Shown: one piece after another, positions 9,692 through 20,890 of the stretch | Layout of the letters: each line of letters begins with the position of its first letter | How positions within the stretch are numbered: the first letter of the stretch is position 1 | Source: a virus | DNA: 64,000 nucleotides | Reading direction: 5' to 3' (one strand) | IMG/VR virus record: IMGVR_UViG_3300031857_000055 | Coordinates: 42,542 to 106,541 of that record | The notes under the pieces: model-generated | What the model was told of the DNA's origin: nothing | Databases searched by the model: none | What the model saw: the letters and a program-made list of their open reading frames with translations, nothing else | Made by a program: the position numbers and the translations under genes

Positions 9692-10758
9692 TGTCTCAAT
9701 CTGTATACGTTGTTCATCATAGTCAACAATACAATAATTACCAATGGGAAAAAGAAATTGCAGAAATTAATTCTATAAACCCGGACGTAGTATTGTGTTT
9801 TTGTTTAGAAGAATTTGACGTTAAGTACCTCTTTAGAAATTTTTTTCCTAAAGTAAGTGAATGGGCAGTAGCAAACAATAAATTAGTAAAAGTATTGGTA
9901 TCTAACCCAGATAATATAGAATTGTTTCCTAACGTCATTACAGAAAGTACATTTGGATTTTATTATGCAATGATAGGAGTAGTTCACGCTGCTATTGCAA
10001 ATAAGCAAGAAGTCACTCCCGTGTTATGCGATAAAGTGTTTACTTGCTACAACAATAACCCTAAGTATGAACGAGCCTTGCTTATAGAGGAATTAGCAAA
10101 GCGACATTTAATGCAGCACGGTCTTGTTACTTTCTTATATCCTGAGGAGGTACAAAGAAGTTATGATTCAACGGAGTTTGCAGGGTGGCAATATCACGAT
10201 GGAACTAAGCTTGTAGATGAATATGACTTTGAATTAAATTCTCGCACTGAGTTTAGACCAGACGTATTACCTAAAAGTTACCTCAGGGGCTTTGTTGATT
10301 TAGTATCAGAAAGCAATGTCAGACCTAGTGAGTTCTTCACTACAGAAAAGACAGCTAAACCAATTGCTACGTTAAAGCCCTTTATATGTTTGGCTAATCC
10401 CGGCTATCATAAATTCTTAGTAGAAGAATATGGTTTAGAGCTATATGATGAATTATTTGACTATAGCTTTGATGAGGAAACCGATTTAACTAAGCGAATT
10501 TCTATGATCGCGGACAACATAGAAAAGGTAGTACGATGTTATGATGACGATTATAAACTTTCTATCTATGAAAAGCTGTTTCCCAAACTGTTGATAAACA
10601 GACAACGTTTTGTGGACTATGGTTCAAATAGAAACAAAATGATGATTCACACAATTGAACATGTTGTAACTAATAATTACACAGTATACGGAAGCGAGAC
10701 AGGCCTCAATGAGGTCAAAACTCTCATAGAAAACTATAAAAAGGAAAACTGGTTGTGA
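9691..10758 (+). CDS. Putative glycosyltransferase (GT-B-like, paralog 2)
   Basis: FTCYNN..ER..DLVSES..TTEKTAKP..KPF..FDYSFD. Confidence 0.55.
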   Translation: MSQSVYVVHHSQQYNNYQWEKEIAEINSINPDVVLCFCLEEFDVKYLFRNFFPKVSEWAVANNKLVKVLVSNPDNIELFPNVITESTFGFYYAMIGVVHAAIANKQEVTPVLCDKVFTCYNNNPKYERALLIEELAKRHLMQHGLVTFLYPEEVQRSYDSTEFAGWQYHDGTKLVDEYDFELNSRTEFRPDVLPKSYLRGFVDLVSESNVRPSEFFTTEKTAKPIATLKPFICLANPGYHKFLVEEYGLELYDELFDYSFDEETDLTKRISMIADNIEKVVRCYDDDYKLSIYEKLFPKLLINRQRFVDYGSNRNKMMIHTIEHVVTNNYTVYGSETGLNEVKTLIENYKKENWL

Positions 10759-11621
10759 ACAAGTATATAATTGGATTGGGCTGTAGTTGGACACAAGGCG
10801 AAGGCGGCTACCCTGAACATATTTGGGAACAGTATAATGGTCGCCCGCAAATCAGTTTGCGCGGGCATTGCGACTATCATATACGACACTATGAACATGA
10901 GAACAGTTGGGTAAATGTACTGTGTCGTGATCACTTTCCTGACTACACGCCCATGAATCTAGGCGTCAAAGGTATCGGCAATCGTGCTGCAATTGAGCAA
11001 TTATATTTCTGTGATAGAGTAGACTTTGATAATAGTGAAGTCATTATAGTATTAATGCTTAGCGGCTTTGAGAGACTGGACTTACCCGCTACATACTGCG
11101 ACGGCGATCAATTAGACGATGGATATAGTAACGGAGATTATCGTCACTATAAATGGAATACAGCTTGGCCCCACGATTCTGCAAATCTGTTTTGGAAAGC
11201 ATATGCTAAAGAACTATACTCAGAAAAATTCGTTGCTGTTGGACAGTTGTTAGCATTGTTACACCTGCAAGATTTCTGCAAAACACACAATTGTAAACTA
11301 ATAGTTGCTAATGCGTTTAATCAACGTAATCAGGGTATACTTGAATATCTGAAGGAAGAAACCAAATCACTATTTGACAAGTTTGACTGGAGTACTTACT
11401 TACACAATACTACAGACTATGTTGCATTCGTAGAGAAATTAGTTGAGTTAGATGGCATCATACCAAGGGATCAATGGCAAAGTTTTCATCAAGCATATTT
11501 TAACAGAACATGGCCAGCAAAATATCTTACAAATTGCGAAGGCGCACACCCTACTATTGACGGATACAAAGTAATTGCAGCCGAGCTTGCAAAGTTCATT
11601 AAATACAAGAACTATGCGTAA
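10755..11621 (+). CDS. SGNH/GDSL-like hydrolase or acyltransferase (paralog 1 of 4)
   Basis: GCSWTQG block I, NLGVKGIGN block II, C-terminal HP. Confidence 0.65.
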   Translation: MNKYIIGLGCSWTQGEGGYPEHIWEQYNGRPQISLRGHCDYHIRHYEHENSWVNVLCRDHFPDYTPMNLGVKGIGNRAAIEQLYFCDRVDFDNSEVIIVLMLSGFERLDLPATYCDGDQLDDGYSNGDYRHYKWNTAWPHDSANLFWKAYAKELYSEKFVAVGQLLALLHLQDFCKTHNCKLIVANAFNQRNQGILEYLKEETKSLFDKFDWSTYLHNTTDYVAFVEKLVELDGIIPRDQWQSFHQAYFNRTWPAKYLTNCEGAHPTIDGYKVIAAELAKFIKYKNYA

Positions 11622-13545
11622 GAGAAAAATAAGCTTTGTCAACCCCAATTTTAATCAGGGTCCCAAAGAATTTAATGCCTATTATTTACCATATACTTCC
11701 GCAGTATTGTGGGCGTACGCCAGTCAATTCGAACATATCAGTACTCATATTGAGTTGGGTGAGTTTATTTGGCATAGAGAACCTATTGAAGACGTAGTTG
11801 AAAGATTAAAAGACCACGACATTGTTGCTCTATCTACGTATATTTGGAATAGAAATTATAATCATGTATTAGGCCGCTCTCTTAAATTAGCTAATCCAGA
11901 TATGCTGATTATTAGCGGCGGCCCAGAACCTCCCATTACCAACCCCAACTTCTTTGAGCTATTCCCTTATATTGATATCTGTTCTATTCAAGAAGGTGAG
12001 AAATCGCTGAAGGCTATTTTAGAACATTATTTGGAAGGCAACACTGACTATACAGATATCAAAGGGTTGTTAATCAACGTCGATGGTAAAGCAGTCAACA
12101 CGGGTAATCCAGATCGCATTAGTGACCTTGATACTATCCCCAGCCCATATCTCGTTGGCATGTTTGACCACTTGTTTGAGAAGCATCCTGAAGTACGATG
12201 GAACGTTACATTAGAAACTAATCGCGGCTGTCCATATATGTGTACCTTCTGCGACTGGGGAAGCCTCACATATAGCAAAGTCAAGAAGTTTGATGAGACA
12301 CGAGTATACAAAGAGCTTGAGTGGATTGGACAGAAGGGCTGCGACTTTGTAAGTATCACTGATGCAAACTTCGGTATCTTCCCTGAGCGTGATATGGCTA
12401 TCGCCCGCAAACTTGTCGAAGTGCAGCAACAGTATAGCAATCCAAAAGCTTACACAATATCTTGGGCAAAGAATCAAAAGAAAGAAGTAGTTGACATTGT
12501 TAAGATGTTGATATATGAAGGCGGTAGCAAGATTGGTCTTAATCTCTCAGTACAGAGCATGGACGAGCATACATTAGAGGTAATCAAGCGTAAGAATCTT
12601 GACACTAATAAGATTGAAGAAGTCTTTGATATGTGTGAAGAAAACAATATTCCATTATACACTGAGTTGATTCTTGGCTTGCCCGGCGAAACAATGGAAA
12701 GTTGGAAAGAGAATTTCTATAGACTGTACAAGGCAGGCAACCACACTGGCATCACTATCTATCAGGCACAGTTGCTTGAGAACGCCGAAATGAACTTGAC
12801 CCAACGTGAAAAATATCAACTGAAGGGTCAGATTGTATATGACTATCTGGTAGGAACATATAACGAGCATGAAGTTCGTGAGGGTATTGAAGTTGTTACT
12901 TCAACCATTGATTTGCCTATTGACAAAATGAATGAGGCACAAGTATTCAGTTGGTTTCAAAATACATTTCACATTAATGGCATCACTAATTACATTAGTC
13001 GTGTGCTATATAAAAAGTATGGCATTGAGTATAGCCAGTTCTATACTGACTTGCTTGAATATATTAAGACGGATGAGTGGCTCAACAGTGAAATTGAACG
13101 TATCAGTGAGCATTATTTAAATTGGAATACTGAGGGCGCAATTGATCACGTTCCTATTCAGGGAATTGAAATTCATGGCTGGAACTTAGTGCATAGTACT
13201 ATCATTAACTTAGCTAACCTAGATATGCACGACCATGTATTCAATGTGCTTGAAGAATTCTTAAAGACTACATACGAATTCTTACCTGAATCATTACTAA
13301 ATGATTTAATGATGGTGCAAAGAAACTATCTAATCAAGTATAATGGCATACAATCATATCCTAGAATAGTAGAACTTAAGCACGATATCTTTGGTTACGT
13401 ACAGAATATGACTGAGTTAGACAGTGCTGCAACATATCACTTTGACTTCCCTGAAGACAAAACTATGTCACTAAGACAGTTCTGTGAGCAGATTTTCTTT
13501 GCAAGACGTAGAAACTTTGGAAAAGCATGGGTAACTAAATTATGA
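11614..13545 (+). CDS. Cobalamin-dependent (class B) radical SAM enzyme
   Basis: N-terminal B12-binding-like domain (STYIWN..GGP..EGE), ETNRGCPYMCTFCDWG, DANFG, LGLPGET. Confidence 0.9.
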   Translation: MRKRKISFVNPNFNQGPKEFNAYYLPYTSAVLWAYASQFEHISTHIELGEFIWHREPIEDVVERLKDHDIVALSTYIWNRNYNHVLGRSLKLANPDMLIISGGPEPPITNPNFFELFPYIDICSIQEGEKSLKAILEHYLEGNTDYTDIKGLLINVDGKAVNTGNPDRISDLDTIPSPYLVGMFDHLFEKHPEVRWNVTLETNRGCPYMCTFCDWGSLTYSKVKKFDETRVYKELEWIGQKGCDFVSITDANFGIFPERDMAIARKLVEVQQQYSNPKAYTISWAKNQKKEVVDIVKMLIYEGGSKIGLNLSVQSMDEHTLEVIKRKNLDTNKIEEVFDMCEENNIPLYTELILGLPGETMESWKENFYRLYKAGNHTGITIYQAQLLENAEMNLTQREKYQLKGQIVYDYLVGTYNEHEVREGIEVVTSTIDLPIDKMNEAQVFSWFQNTFHINGITNYISRVLYKKYGIEYSQFYTDLLEYIKTDEWLNSEIERISEHYLNWNTEGAIDHVPIQGIEIHGWNLVHSTIINLANLDMHDHVFNVLEEFLKTTYEFLPESLLNDLMMVQRNYLIKYNGIQSYPRIVELKHDIFGYVQNMTELDSAATYHFDFPEDKTMSLRQFCEQIFFARRRNFGKAWVTKL

Positions 13546-14642
13546 TTATAAATCAAGACAACATATTATATTACGGAAACAGCGGCCCCGAACTTAGACT
13601 ACAAAGTTCATTGTTTAATATCAGAGACTTCAGTGATACAGACTATTGGTATATTGATTTCTTTCACGGTGAAGCACTTAAGGATGTGCATCAACATCTT
13701 CCCGAAGATGTACTGAATCGAATTCGTTTGGGTAGCGTTACATTAATATTGAACAATAGTCACGAAGCATACCATGATGTTGTAGAATATATCTATTTGT
13801 ATTTGGTAGATGGTCTTAGTATTCCGGCTCAGCACATTACACTATTGAGTGAGAGTGCTATTATTAATGAAGAAGTCAAGACAATTGCTAATAAGTATAA
13901 TCTACCTGAAATAAAAACTGAGTGGCTTAGAATATTTGAACACAACATTCATGTTGCTACTACCAAAACATTGAACACACTACAAGAAAAAGAATACACT
14001 AAAAAGTTTCTGAATCTAAATCGCAGATGGAGACCGCACAGGCCATTGTTTGTGGCATTGCTCAAGATTAATGACCTATTAGATCAGGGTTATGTGAGTA
14101 TGGCTCCAGCAGATGACAATCAAGATTGGGAGAGAGCGTGGGACATGATTTCATATCTAGAGCCTGACTTGATCCCGCATAAAGATAATCTTGCTACTAT
14201 TCCTGATTTATATCTGGATACTCGTGAAATGCATATCAATCAAGTGGCGTTGACTGACAGCACCGATCAATATTATCTTGACTCATATTTCAGCATTGTA
14301 TCAGAGACAAACTTCTATAAAGAATATGGCCCAGGATTGTTTCTTAGCGAAAAGGTATTCAAGCCTGTCAGCAGAAGGCATCCTTTCTTAGTATTAGCTC
14401 GTCCACATACTATCAAGAAATTCAACGAGCTTGGCTATCGTAGCTTTAGCGAAATAATTGATGAGTCATACGATAATGAGTTTGATGACCGCAAACGAAT
14501 GATGATGGTTCTTGAAGAAACTAAACGTCTCTGCAACCTAACAGTTGATGAGTTGAAACATTTCTTAAAGGTGGCAAGAGAGATAACACTACACAACTAC
14601 CTACTACTCAGAAACAAAAGAAACTTTATTACAAAATTATGA
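13542..14642 (+). CDS. Putative glycosyltransferase (GT-B-like, paralog 3)
   Basis: FLNLNRRWRPHR..SIVSET..LSEKVFKP..HPF..DESYD. Confidence 0.6.
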   Translation: MIINQDNILYYGNSGPELRLQSSLFNIRDFSDTDYWYIDFFHGEALKDVHQHLPEDVLNRIRLGSVTLILNNSHEAYHDVVEYIYLYLVDGLSIPAQHITLLSESAIINEEVKTIANKYNLPEIKTEWLRIFEHNIHVATTKTLNTLQEKEYTKKFLNLNRRWRPHRPLFVALLKINDLLDQGYVSMAPADDNQDWERAWDMISYLEPDLIPHKDNLATIPDLYLDTREMHINQVALTDSTDQYYLDSYFSIVSETNFYKEYGPGLFLSEKVFKPVSRRHPFLVLARPHTIKKFNELGYRSFSEIIDESYDNEFDDRKRMMMVLEETKRLCNLTVDELKHFLKVAREITLHNYLLLRNKRNFITKL

Positions 14643-15418
14643 ACCTAGATTTAACAAAATACAAGAGGCTGTTTACATTTGGATGTAGCTTTACAAACTA
14701 CAGATTTCCTACCTGGGCGCATATACTTAGTAAGTCTATGCCTGACTGTGAGTTTCATAACTTAGGCAGAGGCAGCGGAGGCAACCTGTTCATTGCAAAT
14801 AGAATCACTGAGGCTAATAAGAAGTTCAAGTTCTGTGAGACTGATTTGGTTATAGTAATGTGGTCTACGTTATGCAGAGAAGATAGATTTGTAAACGACA
14901 ATTGGGTATTGGCTGGCAACATCTTTACGCAAGGGTATTACGATGACAAGTTTGTAAAGAAGTTTTGTGATCCAGTTGGTTATCTTATTAGAGATTTATC
15001 CTTGATTGAATTGTCTAAAACATATCTGAACAGTTTGCTATGTGACAACTATATGATGCTGAGCGTTCCATTCACTAATCAGATTGTGGAAGAAACAAAG
15101 ACTACAACTGATGTATTAGCAACATACCGGGATCTTATCAATAGTTTCCCTGCATCAATGTTTGAGCTTGAAATGAATAATTCGTGGACTAACGATGTGA
15201 TTTATAGAATGTCTGATGGTCAAGTTCAAGTAGATTATCATCCGACTCCAATGAACTACTATAACTATTTGACCAAGCTCGGCTTTGCTCTAAATGAGGA
15301 TAGTAAGTTATATGCATTGGAAAGCGACAAGACATATAGGACCGTAGAATCCATTGAGCAACTACAAGCATTATTCTATGAGGAGTATGACTTCTTCACT
15401 ACAAAAAACATGTGGTGA
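14639..15418 (+). CDS. SGNH-like protein (paralog 2)
   Basis: FGCSFT, NLGRGSGGN, DYHP. Confidence 0.65.
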   Translation: MNLDLTKYKRLFTFGCSFTNYRFPTWAHILSKSMPDCEFHNLGRGSGGNLFIANRITEANKKFKFCETDLVIVMWSTLCREDRFVNDNWVLAGNIFTQGYYDDKFVKKFCDPVGYLIRDLSLIELSKTYLNSLLCDNYMMLSVPFTNQIVEETKTTTDVLATYRDLINSFPASMFELEMNNSWTNDVIYRMSDGQVQVDYHPTPMNYYNYLTKLGFALNEDSKLYALESDKTYRTVESIEQLQALFYEEYDFFTTKNMW

Positions 15419-15429
15419 AATGTGTCCAA

Positions 15430-15435
15430 TAAATA
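15430..15435 (+). promoter_or_regulatory. T4-like late promoter TAAATA
   Basis: Intergenic TAAATA 6 nt before ATG 15442, no SD. Confidence 0.55.
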
Positions 15436-15441
15436 GTTGCA

Positions 15442-16239
15442 ATGTTAGATTTAAGCAAATATCGTCGTTTTTTCGCATTTGGCTGTAGCTTTACATCATA
15501 CAAGACACCGACCTGGGCTGATATCGTAGCTAAAGAAATGCCAAATGCAGAGTATTATAATTTTGGACAAGGCGGTGGCGGCAATCTATTCATCAACAAT
15601 CGTGTAGCTCAAGCTAATTTAAAATATAGTTTCAATGAACATGATTTGGTTATGATCATGTTTACTACCGTATGCAGAGAAGATCGCTTTCTTAATGGTA
15701 GGTGGGAGTCGCACGGAAATGTATTTAATCAATCTTTTTACAGTAAAGAATTCGTAAAGAACTATTGCGATCCGGTTGGCTATCTTGTTAGAGATGCTGC
15801 ACTAATTGAGATGACTACGGGTTATGTGACAAATTTGCCATGCACTACGAAATTTTTGTCAATGGTTGACCTATCACTGGAAGCTGGGTTATTAACTGAA
15901 ACTGCAAGCATAAACAGTGACCGTGCTGCTGTTACTAAGATAAAAAAAATATATCGTGATAAAATGAAATTTCCGGCAGTAATCAATAATGGAGAAGTCA
16001 GTTTCAAAGGCGTAGAACTTATTGATAAATTTGGTAAGTTATTTAAAGACGGTCATCCACTGGCTGACGATTATGCAGAGTTCTTACATAGCATTAACTT
16101 CCCTATCACTGAGCGGGGACTATCATATGTTGAAGAAGCGATGACTAAACTAAAAAATGCAAAAACCTGGGACGATGTTAGAGCATCATTTCCAGACATA
16201 AGGCAGCATCAAGAATATAGAAACAGAAGCGTAATTTAA
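15442..16239 (+). CDS. SGNH-like protein (paralog 3, tandem duplicate of 14639)
   Basis: FGCSFT, CREDRF, CDPVGYL.RD shared with the previous ORF; DGHP. Confidence 0.65.
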   Translation: MLDLSKYRRFFAFGCSFTSYKTPTWADIVAKEMPNAEYYNFGQGGGGNLFINNRVAQANLKYSFNEHDLVMIMFTTVCREDRFLNGRWESHGNVFNQSFYSKEFVKNYCDPVGYLVRDAALIEMTTGYVTNLPCTTKFLSMVDLSLEAGLLTETASINSDRAAVTKIKKIYRDKMKFPAVINNGEVSFKGVELIDKFGKLFKDGHPLADDYAEFLHSINFPITERGLSYVEEAMTKLKNAKTWDDVRASFPDIRQHQEYRNRSVI

Positions 16240-16251
16240 TAGGAAAAATAT

Positions 16252-17442
16252 ATGAACAAAGTAGCAATGATCGGCGTTGGCAAACTAGGACAAGATTGCG
16301 CCGAAGTTATGGCAACAAAGTATGATGTTGTGGGGTACGATATTGAGCCTAGAAACCCCGGCTTTCCAATGCGAGATACGATTAAAGAAGCAGTTGAAGA
16401 TAGAGACATTATCTTTATTGCTGCGCCTACTCCACATGACCCAATGTATGGGGGAGAAACTCCCACGAGTCATTTACCTAATAAAGATTTTGACTATACG
16501 ATTGTCTCAGAAATCTTGGATGAGGTTAACAAGTATACCAATCAGAATCAATTAGTAGTTTTGATTAGCACTGTGTTGCCTGGCACTGTACGTAATATCT
16601 TAAGACCTAAAATCACTAACGCACGATTTATCTATAACCCATATCTTATTGCTATGGGTACAATCAAGTACGATATGGTTAATCCTGAAATGATTATCAT
16701 TGGTACAGAAGATGGTACTGCCACAGAAGATGCATTAGAATTAGTTAATTTCTATGTGCCATTAATGCAGAACAATCCACGATATGAATTGGGCACCTGG
16801 GAAGAAGCAGAGTCAATTAAAATCTTCTACAACACCTTTATTAGCACGAAAGTTGCATTAGTCAATATGATTCAGGATGTTGCCGAACGCAGCGGTAATA
16901 TGTGTGTTGACGTTGTAACTGGAGCACTAGAACGTTCTACGCAGCGTATTTTGGGTCCGGCATATATGAAGGCTGGTATGGGAGACGGCGGCGCATGTCA
17001 CCCTCGTGACAATATCGCATTGAGATATCTTGCTGAGAAGCTTGACTTAGGGTATGATCTATTTGATAGTATCATGCGGGCACGAGAAGTGCAAGCAGAA
17101 AATATGGCTAAAGCATTGTTGAAGTATGGTAAGAACGTAACCATCATCGGCAAGGCATATAAGCCAGGAGTGCATTACACAAACGGTAGCTCAAGTATGC
17201 TGGTTGGATACTATGTTGAACAACATGGTGGAAACATCAACTACTATGATGAACACACTGGCGACTTAGATTTGGCCGAAGATTGGACTGAAGTCTATCT
17301 GATCGGTTACTGGGATGACTATGTAGAGGAATTAAAGTTCAGTGATGAGAACATTGCGACTGTAGTTGATCCCTGGCGCAGATGGACAACTGATAGATGT
17401 TCAGGTCACGTAGTACATTATGGTAACTCTAGGAAGCAATAA
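16252..17442 (+). CDS. UDP-glucose/GDP-mannose 6-dehydrogenase family
   Basis: GVGKLG, STVLPGT, AESIKIFYN, GDGGACHPRD, GKAYKPG. Confidence 0.88.
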   Translation: MNKVAMIGVGKLGQDCAEVMATKYDVVGYDIEPRNPGFPMRDTIKEAVEDRDIIFIAAPTPHDPMYGGETPTSHLPNKDFDYTIVSEILDEVNKYTNQNQLVVLISTVLPGTVRNILRPKITNARFIYNPYLIAMGTIKYDMVNPEMIIIGTEDGTATEDALELVNFYVPLMQNNPRYELGTWEEAESIKIFYNTFISTKVALVNMIQDVAERSGNMCVDVVTGALERSTQRILGPAYMKAGMGDGGACHPRDNIALRYLAEKLDLGYDLFDSIMRAREVQAENMAKALLKYGKNVTIIGKAYKPGVHYTNGSSSMLVGYYVEQHGGNINYYDEHTGDLDLAEDWTEVYLIGYWDDYVEELKFSDENIATVVDPWRRWTTDRCSGHVVHYGNSRKQ

Positions 17443-18599
17443 TGGATCTGTCAAAACATGATGCATATAGATATCCGGAATATGATGACTACATGAAATT
17501 GCTTTGGCAAAATTATTGGCCAAATAACATTCATCTATTTGATAAAGTAAGACACATCTATGCCGGTGCCCATGCATCTATGAGTTTCAAATGGAGACCA
17601 ATCGAATCTATTATTGAAGAAATAAAAGATTTCTATCAATCAGGCATAAGAATATTTTTCTTTGAATGCTTGACTGAGGGTGTTATCATTGATGGCATTG
17701 AAAAGATTGCTAAGGTAGCACTACACTTTTCAAACTTTCCCGATATCAAATTATTCTATTGGTCAGGAGATTACACAGCAGAAAAACATGTTAACAAGCA
17801 TTTAGGTAGTATAGGCATACCTAAAAAGTTCGCTGTAATCGGTACCAGTCACCTAGAACTAACGGGCAAAACATATCCGCCATATGATAAAGATTATGCC
17901 GTTGGACCTAGAGAAAAGAAGTTTCTATGCTTTAACAAAGTCCATCGCCAGCATAGAATTGACTTATTAGAGTACGTAGTTACTAACAATCTATTGGATG
18001 ATAGCTATTATTCATTTGATTGTAGCGAAGATAATTTAGAACTATTAGTTAACGATATCAACTATCCGGGCATTAGATCAATAAAAGATCGTATCCCACT
18101 AATATTGAACAAAACACCGGAACGTGATAATCCGGTCAATATCATTGAAGACGATCACAAATATTTTGAAAACACATATTTTAGTGTAGTAACCGAAACG
18201 TTATTCTATCGTGACCCCATAGCACCTAAGCAAAGATTAATGATGCATGTTCCCGGAACTTATCCCGGAAGATTCGTTACTGAGAAAACATTTAAGTGTA
18301 TTGTAATGAAGCACCCCTTTGTTGTTTTGGGTCCATATAAGATGTTAGAGTTCATGAAGTCAAGGGGTTATAAAACTTTCAGCCCTTTTATTGATGAGAG
18401 TTATGACGATATTGAGAACGATGACGAAAGATTACTTGCTGTCGGTAACGAAATTAAAAGACTATGTAATCTAAGCGAAGACGAATTGGTAAGATTCACC
18501 GAGTTTGCTAAACCTATCGTAGAACACAATGAGAATGTTGTTCGCAATGTTACCGATTTCACTACTATTAATAATTTAGGCGACTATATAACTGTGTAA
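17442..18599 (+). CDS. Putative glycosyltransferase (GT-B-like, paralog 4)
   Basis: FLCFNKVHRQHR..SVVTET..VTEKTFK..HPF..GYKTF..DESYD. Confidence 0.6.
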   Translation: MDLSKHDAYRYPEYDDYMKLLWQNYWPNNIHLFDKVRHIYAGAHASMSFKWRPIESIIEEIKDFYQSGIRIFFFECLTEGVIIDGIEKIAKVALHFSNFPDIKLFYWSGDYTAEKHVNKHLGSIGIPKKFAVIGTSHLELTGKTYPPYDKDYAVGPREKKFLCFNKVHRQHRIDLLEYVVTNNLLDDSYYSFDCSEDNLELLVNDINYPGIRSIKDRIPLILNKTPERDNPVNIIEDDHKYFENTYFSVVTETLFYRDPIAPKQRLMMHVPGTYPGRFVTEKTFKCIVMKHPFVVLGPYKMLEFMKSRGYKTFSPFIDESYDDIENDDERLLAVGNEIKRLCNLSEDELVRFTEFAKPIVEHNENVVRNVTDFTTINNLGDYITV

Positions 18600-18602
18600 A
18601 TA
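18597..18602 (+). promoter_or_regulatory. T4-like late promoter TAAATA
   Basis: Followed by GGGAG SD and TTG start at 18626. Confidence 0.5.
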
Positions 18603-18625
18603 CTACACGATATAGGGAGCAACAC

Positions 18626-20890
18626 TTGGATTTTAATCTAAAATCACTGGCTAAAAAAGAATTAAAGCCTAATGAAAGACCAACTGAGGACGTTGGTGAT
18701 CTTCGTCACCGCAGCATGATGGAAGCAATTGCTCCTTATGCTAAAGACGTTGTGGTCAATGCAAAGAATTTGACACCGGTCTACGTAGATTATAAGACCC
18801 GTGATACTAAGATGGTTCTTGTATTATGTCCGGAATGGAGCCCATACATGCCTCCGTTCAGTCTTGCAAGACTGAGTGGTGTTGCAAAGGCTTCTGGGTA
18901 TGAGACACATATCATGGATTTAAACGTTAAGGCTTATAACGCATACCGTGATGATTGGCAACCTAACAACAAGCTACCATTTAGATTGTGGGACCCATCA
19001 AGCTCATGGCACTGGCTAGGTGACACTTACATGAATGATATTCATCCTGTACTTGAGCCTATTCTAAGCGCAGCAGTAGATGAAATCATTGAAATGAATC
19101 CTCAAGTTGTTGGGTTCAGCGTGTATTATATCAGTGAGGAACCCACTAAGTGGATGGCTCAAGAAATTAAGAGACGCAATCCAAACATTCTCATTGCAGT
19201 TGGTGGCCCTAACGTACACAAGAGCTGGTTTGATATTCGTCCTTACTATGATTATATCATCGTAGGCGAAGGTGAGCAGAATCTACTCGTAATGCTTGAT
19301 GAAATTGAAGAAGGCAAGCGCCCTTTTCCTGGTCAGCCCAGAGTGCTGACACAGCCTGAGAATCAACGTATCAACATCAATGGTCTGCCTATGCCAGACT
19401 ATGAATCAATTGACTTCTCACTATACGAAGTGCCTAATGGCGTCAACAGTGAGATTAGCCGCGGCTGTACTGCTAAGTGTACGTTCTGTGAAGAAACACA
19501 CTTTTGGAAGTATCGTCAACGTCAAGCAGTTGACTTAATCACCGAAGTTGAATGGCTATACTATAACAAGGGCACCGACGTTATTTGGTTCATTGATAGT
19601 CTTATCAACGGCAACATCAACGAGCTTAGAGCGTTTGCACTTGCACTAAAAGAGAAGGGACTTAAGGTTCGCTTTACTGGATATGCCAGACACGACGGTA
19701 GAATGACATTAGAATATCTACAAGACTTAGCTGACGGTGGATGCATCATGTTCAATTTCGGATGTGAATCAGCATCGCAGAAAGTACTTGACGATATGCA
19801 CAAGGGCGTTACTATTGCAGAAATGGAGCAGAACTTCATTGACTGCAAGAAGGTAGGTATTTGGTGCGCTACTAACTGGATTGTTGCATTCCCCACAGAA
19901 GACTTCCAAGACTATAGCGACACCATGACGTTTATGTGGCGTATGCGTAACAACAATGTTAACAATATGGGATTGGGAGTAGGATATGGATTAGGCCCCG
20001 AAACAATCGTGGGGCAGAATCCACACGCATATAATATCAGCTTCCATAAGTATCAGGGACACTGGATCAGTAAAGACTTAGCAATGGGCGGACCTCATGT
20101 CATGACTCGTGTTAAGAATATTCATATTTGGCTGGACTTCTTTAAAAATTGTACAGATGTTCCGATTGGCTACCCTATTAGGCATAATCTAGAAAAAGAA
20201 CATTATAAGATTAAACTCAATAACCCAAATCTACAGAAAGAAATGGCATATGAAAAGTTTGACTATAACATCATTCCTCCCTTAGGAGATAACAATCCTT
20301 TTGCCAATCAGTTAGTCAATGAAATGTGGCCCTTCTTTAGAAATCTGTGGAGAGCTAGGGGAGGTTACGAAGCAGAAATTTACTTCAACCCTGAGATAGA
20401 CTTGAAAGAGTTCGGAACTCAGTATGGTCCAGGTCAGTACTGGGCAACGTTTAAGTTCAAGATTACTGATGAGGGTCAATGGAACGCTCACTTCAATATC
20501 AAGTTTGAACAGGTTGACAATCCTCTAGATGATCGTGAACGTCCACCCGAAGGTCGTAAGGGTCCTTTCTATGCGCAGGACTATTCACGATTGCAATCCA
20601 ATACAGTAAAGAGAGCCAGAAAGCTTGCTAAGCCTACTTGGAGTAATCAAGAAGGTAGATCAGGACAAGACTTTGCTGACTTGCTTGACGAAGAAGCATA
20701 TTTGAACGCTACCATTGACTTTAGCTTTCACTTAGATTGGCAGGGTTCAGGTGACTGGAGCGATCATGAAAAGTATCGTGTTGATGTAAGTAGCACATCA
20801 CGAGACATTATTCCAGAAAAGGAAAGTGACACCGGATCAGATATTGTGTCTAGTATTTCATTGGATAGTATAAGGCGTAAACCAAAATGA
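18626..20890 (+). CDS. Cobalamin-dependent (class B) radical SAM enzyme
   Basis: PPFSLARL, VGFSVY, VGGP, GEGE, SRGCTAKCTFC, FGCES..VL..MHKG. Confidence 0.9.
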   Translation: MDFNLKSLAKKELKPNERPTEDVGDLRHRSMMEAIAPYAKDVVVNAKNLTPVYVDYKTRDTKMVLVLCPEWSPYMPPFSLARLSGVAKASGYETHIMDLNVKAYNAYRDDWQPNNKLPFRLWDPSSSWHWLGDTYMNDIHPVLEPILSAAVDEIIEMNPQVVGFSVYYISEEPTKWMAQEIKRRNPNILIAVGGPNVHKSWFDIRPYYDYIIVGEGEQNLLVMLDEIEEGKRPFPGQPRVLTQPENQRININGLPMPDYESIDFSLYEVPNGVNSEISRGCTAKCTFCEETHFWKYRQRQAVDLITEVEWLYYNKGTDVIWFIDSLINGNINELRAFALALKEKGLKVRFTGYARHDGRMTLEYLQDLADGGCIMFNFGCESASQKVLDDMHKGVTIAEMEQNFIDCKKVGIWCATNWIVAFPTEDFQDYSDTMTFMWRMRNNNVNNMGLGVGYGLGPETIVGQNPHAYNISFHKYQGHWISKDLAMGGPHVMTRVKNIHIWLDFFKNCTDVPIGYPIRHNLEKEHYKIKLNNPNLQKEMAYEKFDYNIIPPLGDNNPFANQLVNEMWPFFRNLWRARGGYEAEIYFNPEIDLKEFGTQYGPGQYWATFKFKITDEGQWNAHFNIKFEQVDNPLDDRERPPEGRKGPFYAQDYSRLQSNTVKRARKLAKPTWSNQEGRSGQDFADLLDEEAYLNATIDFSFHLDWQGSGDWSDHEKYRVDVSSTSRDIIPEKESDTGSDIVSSISLDSIRRKPK

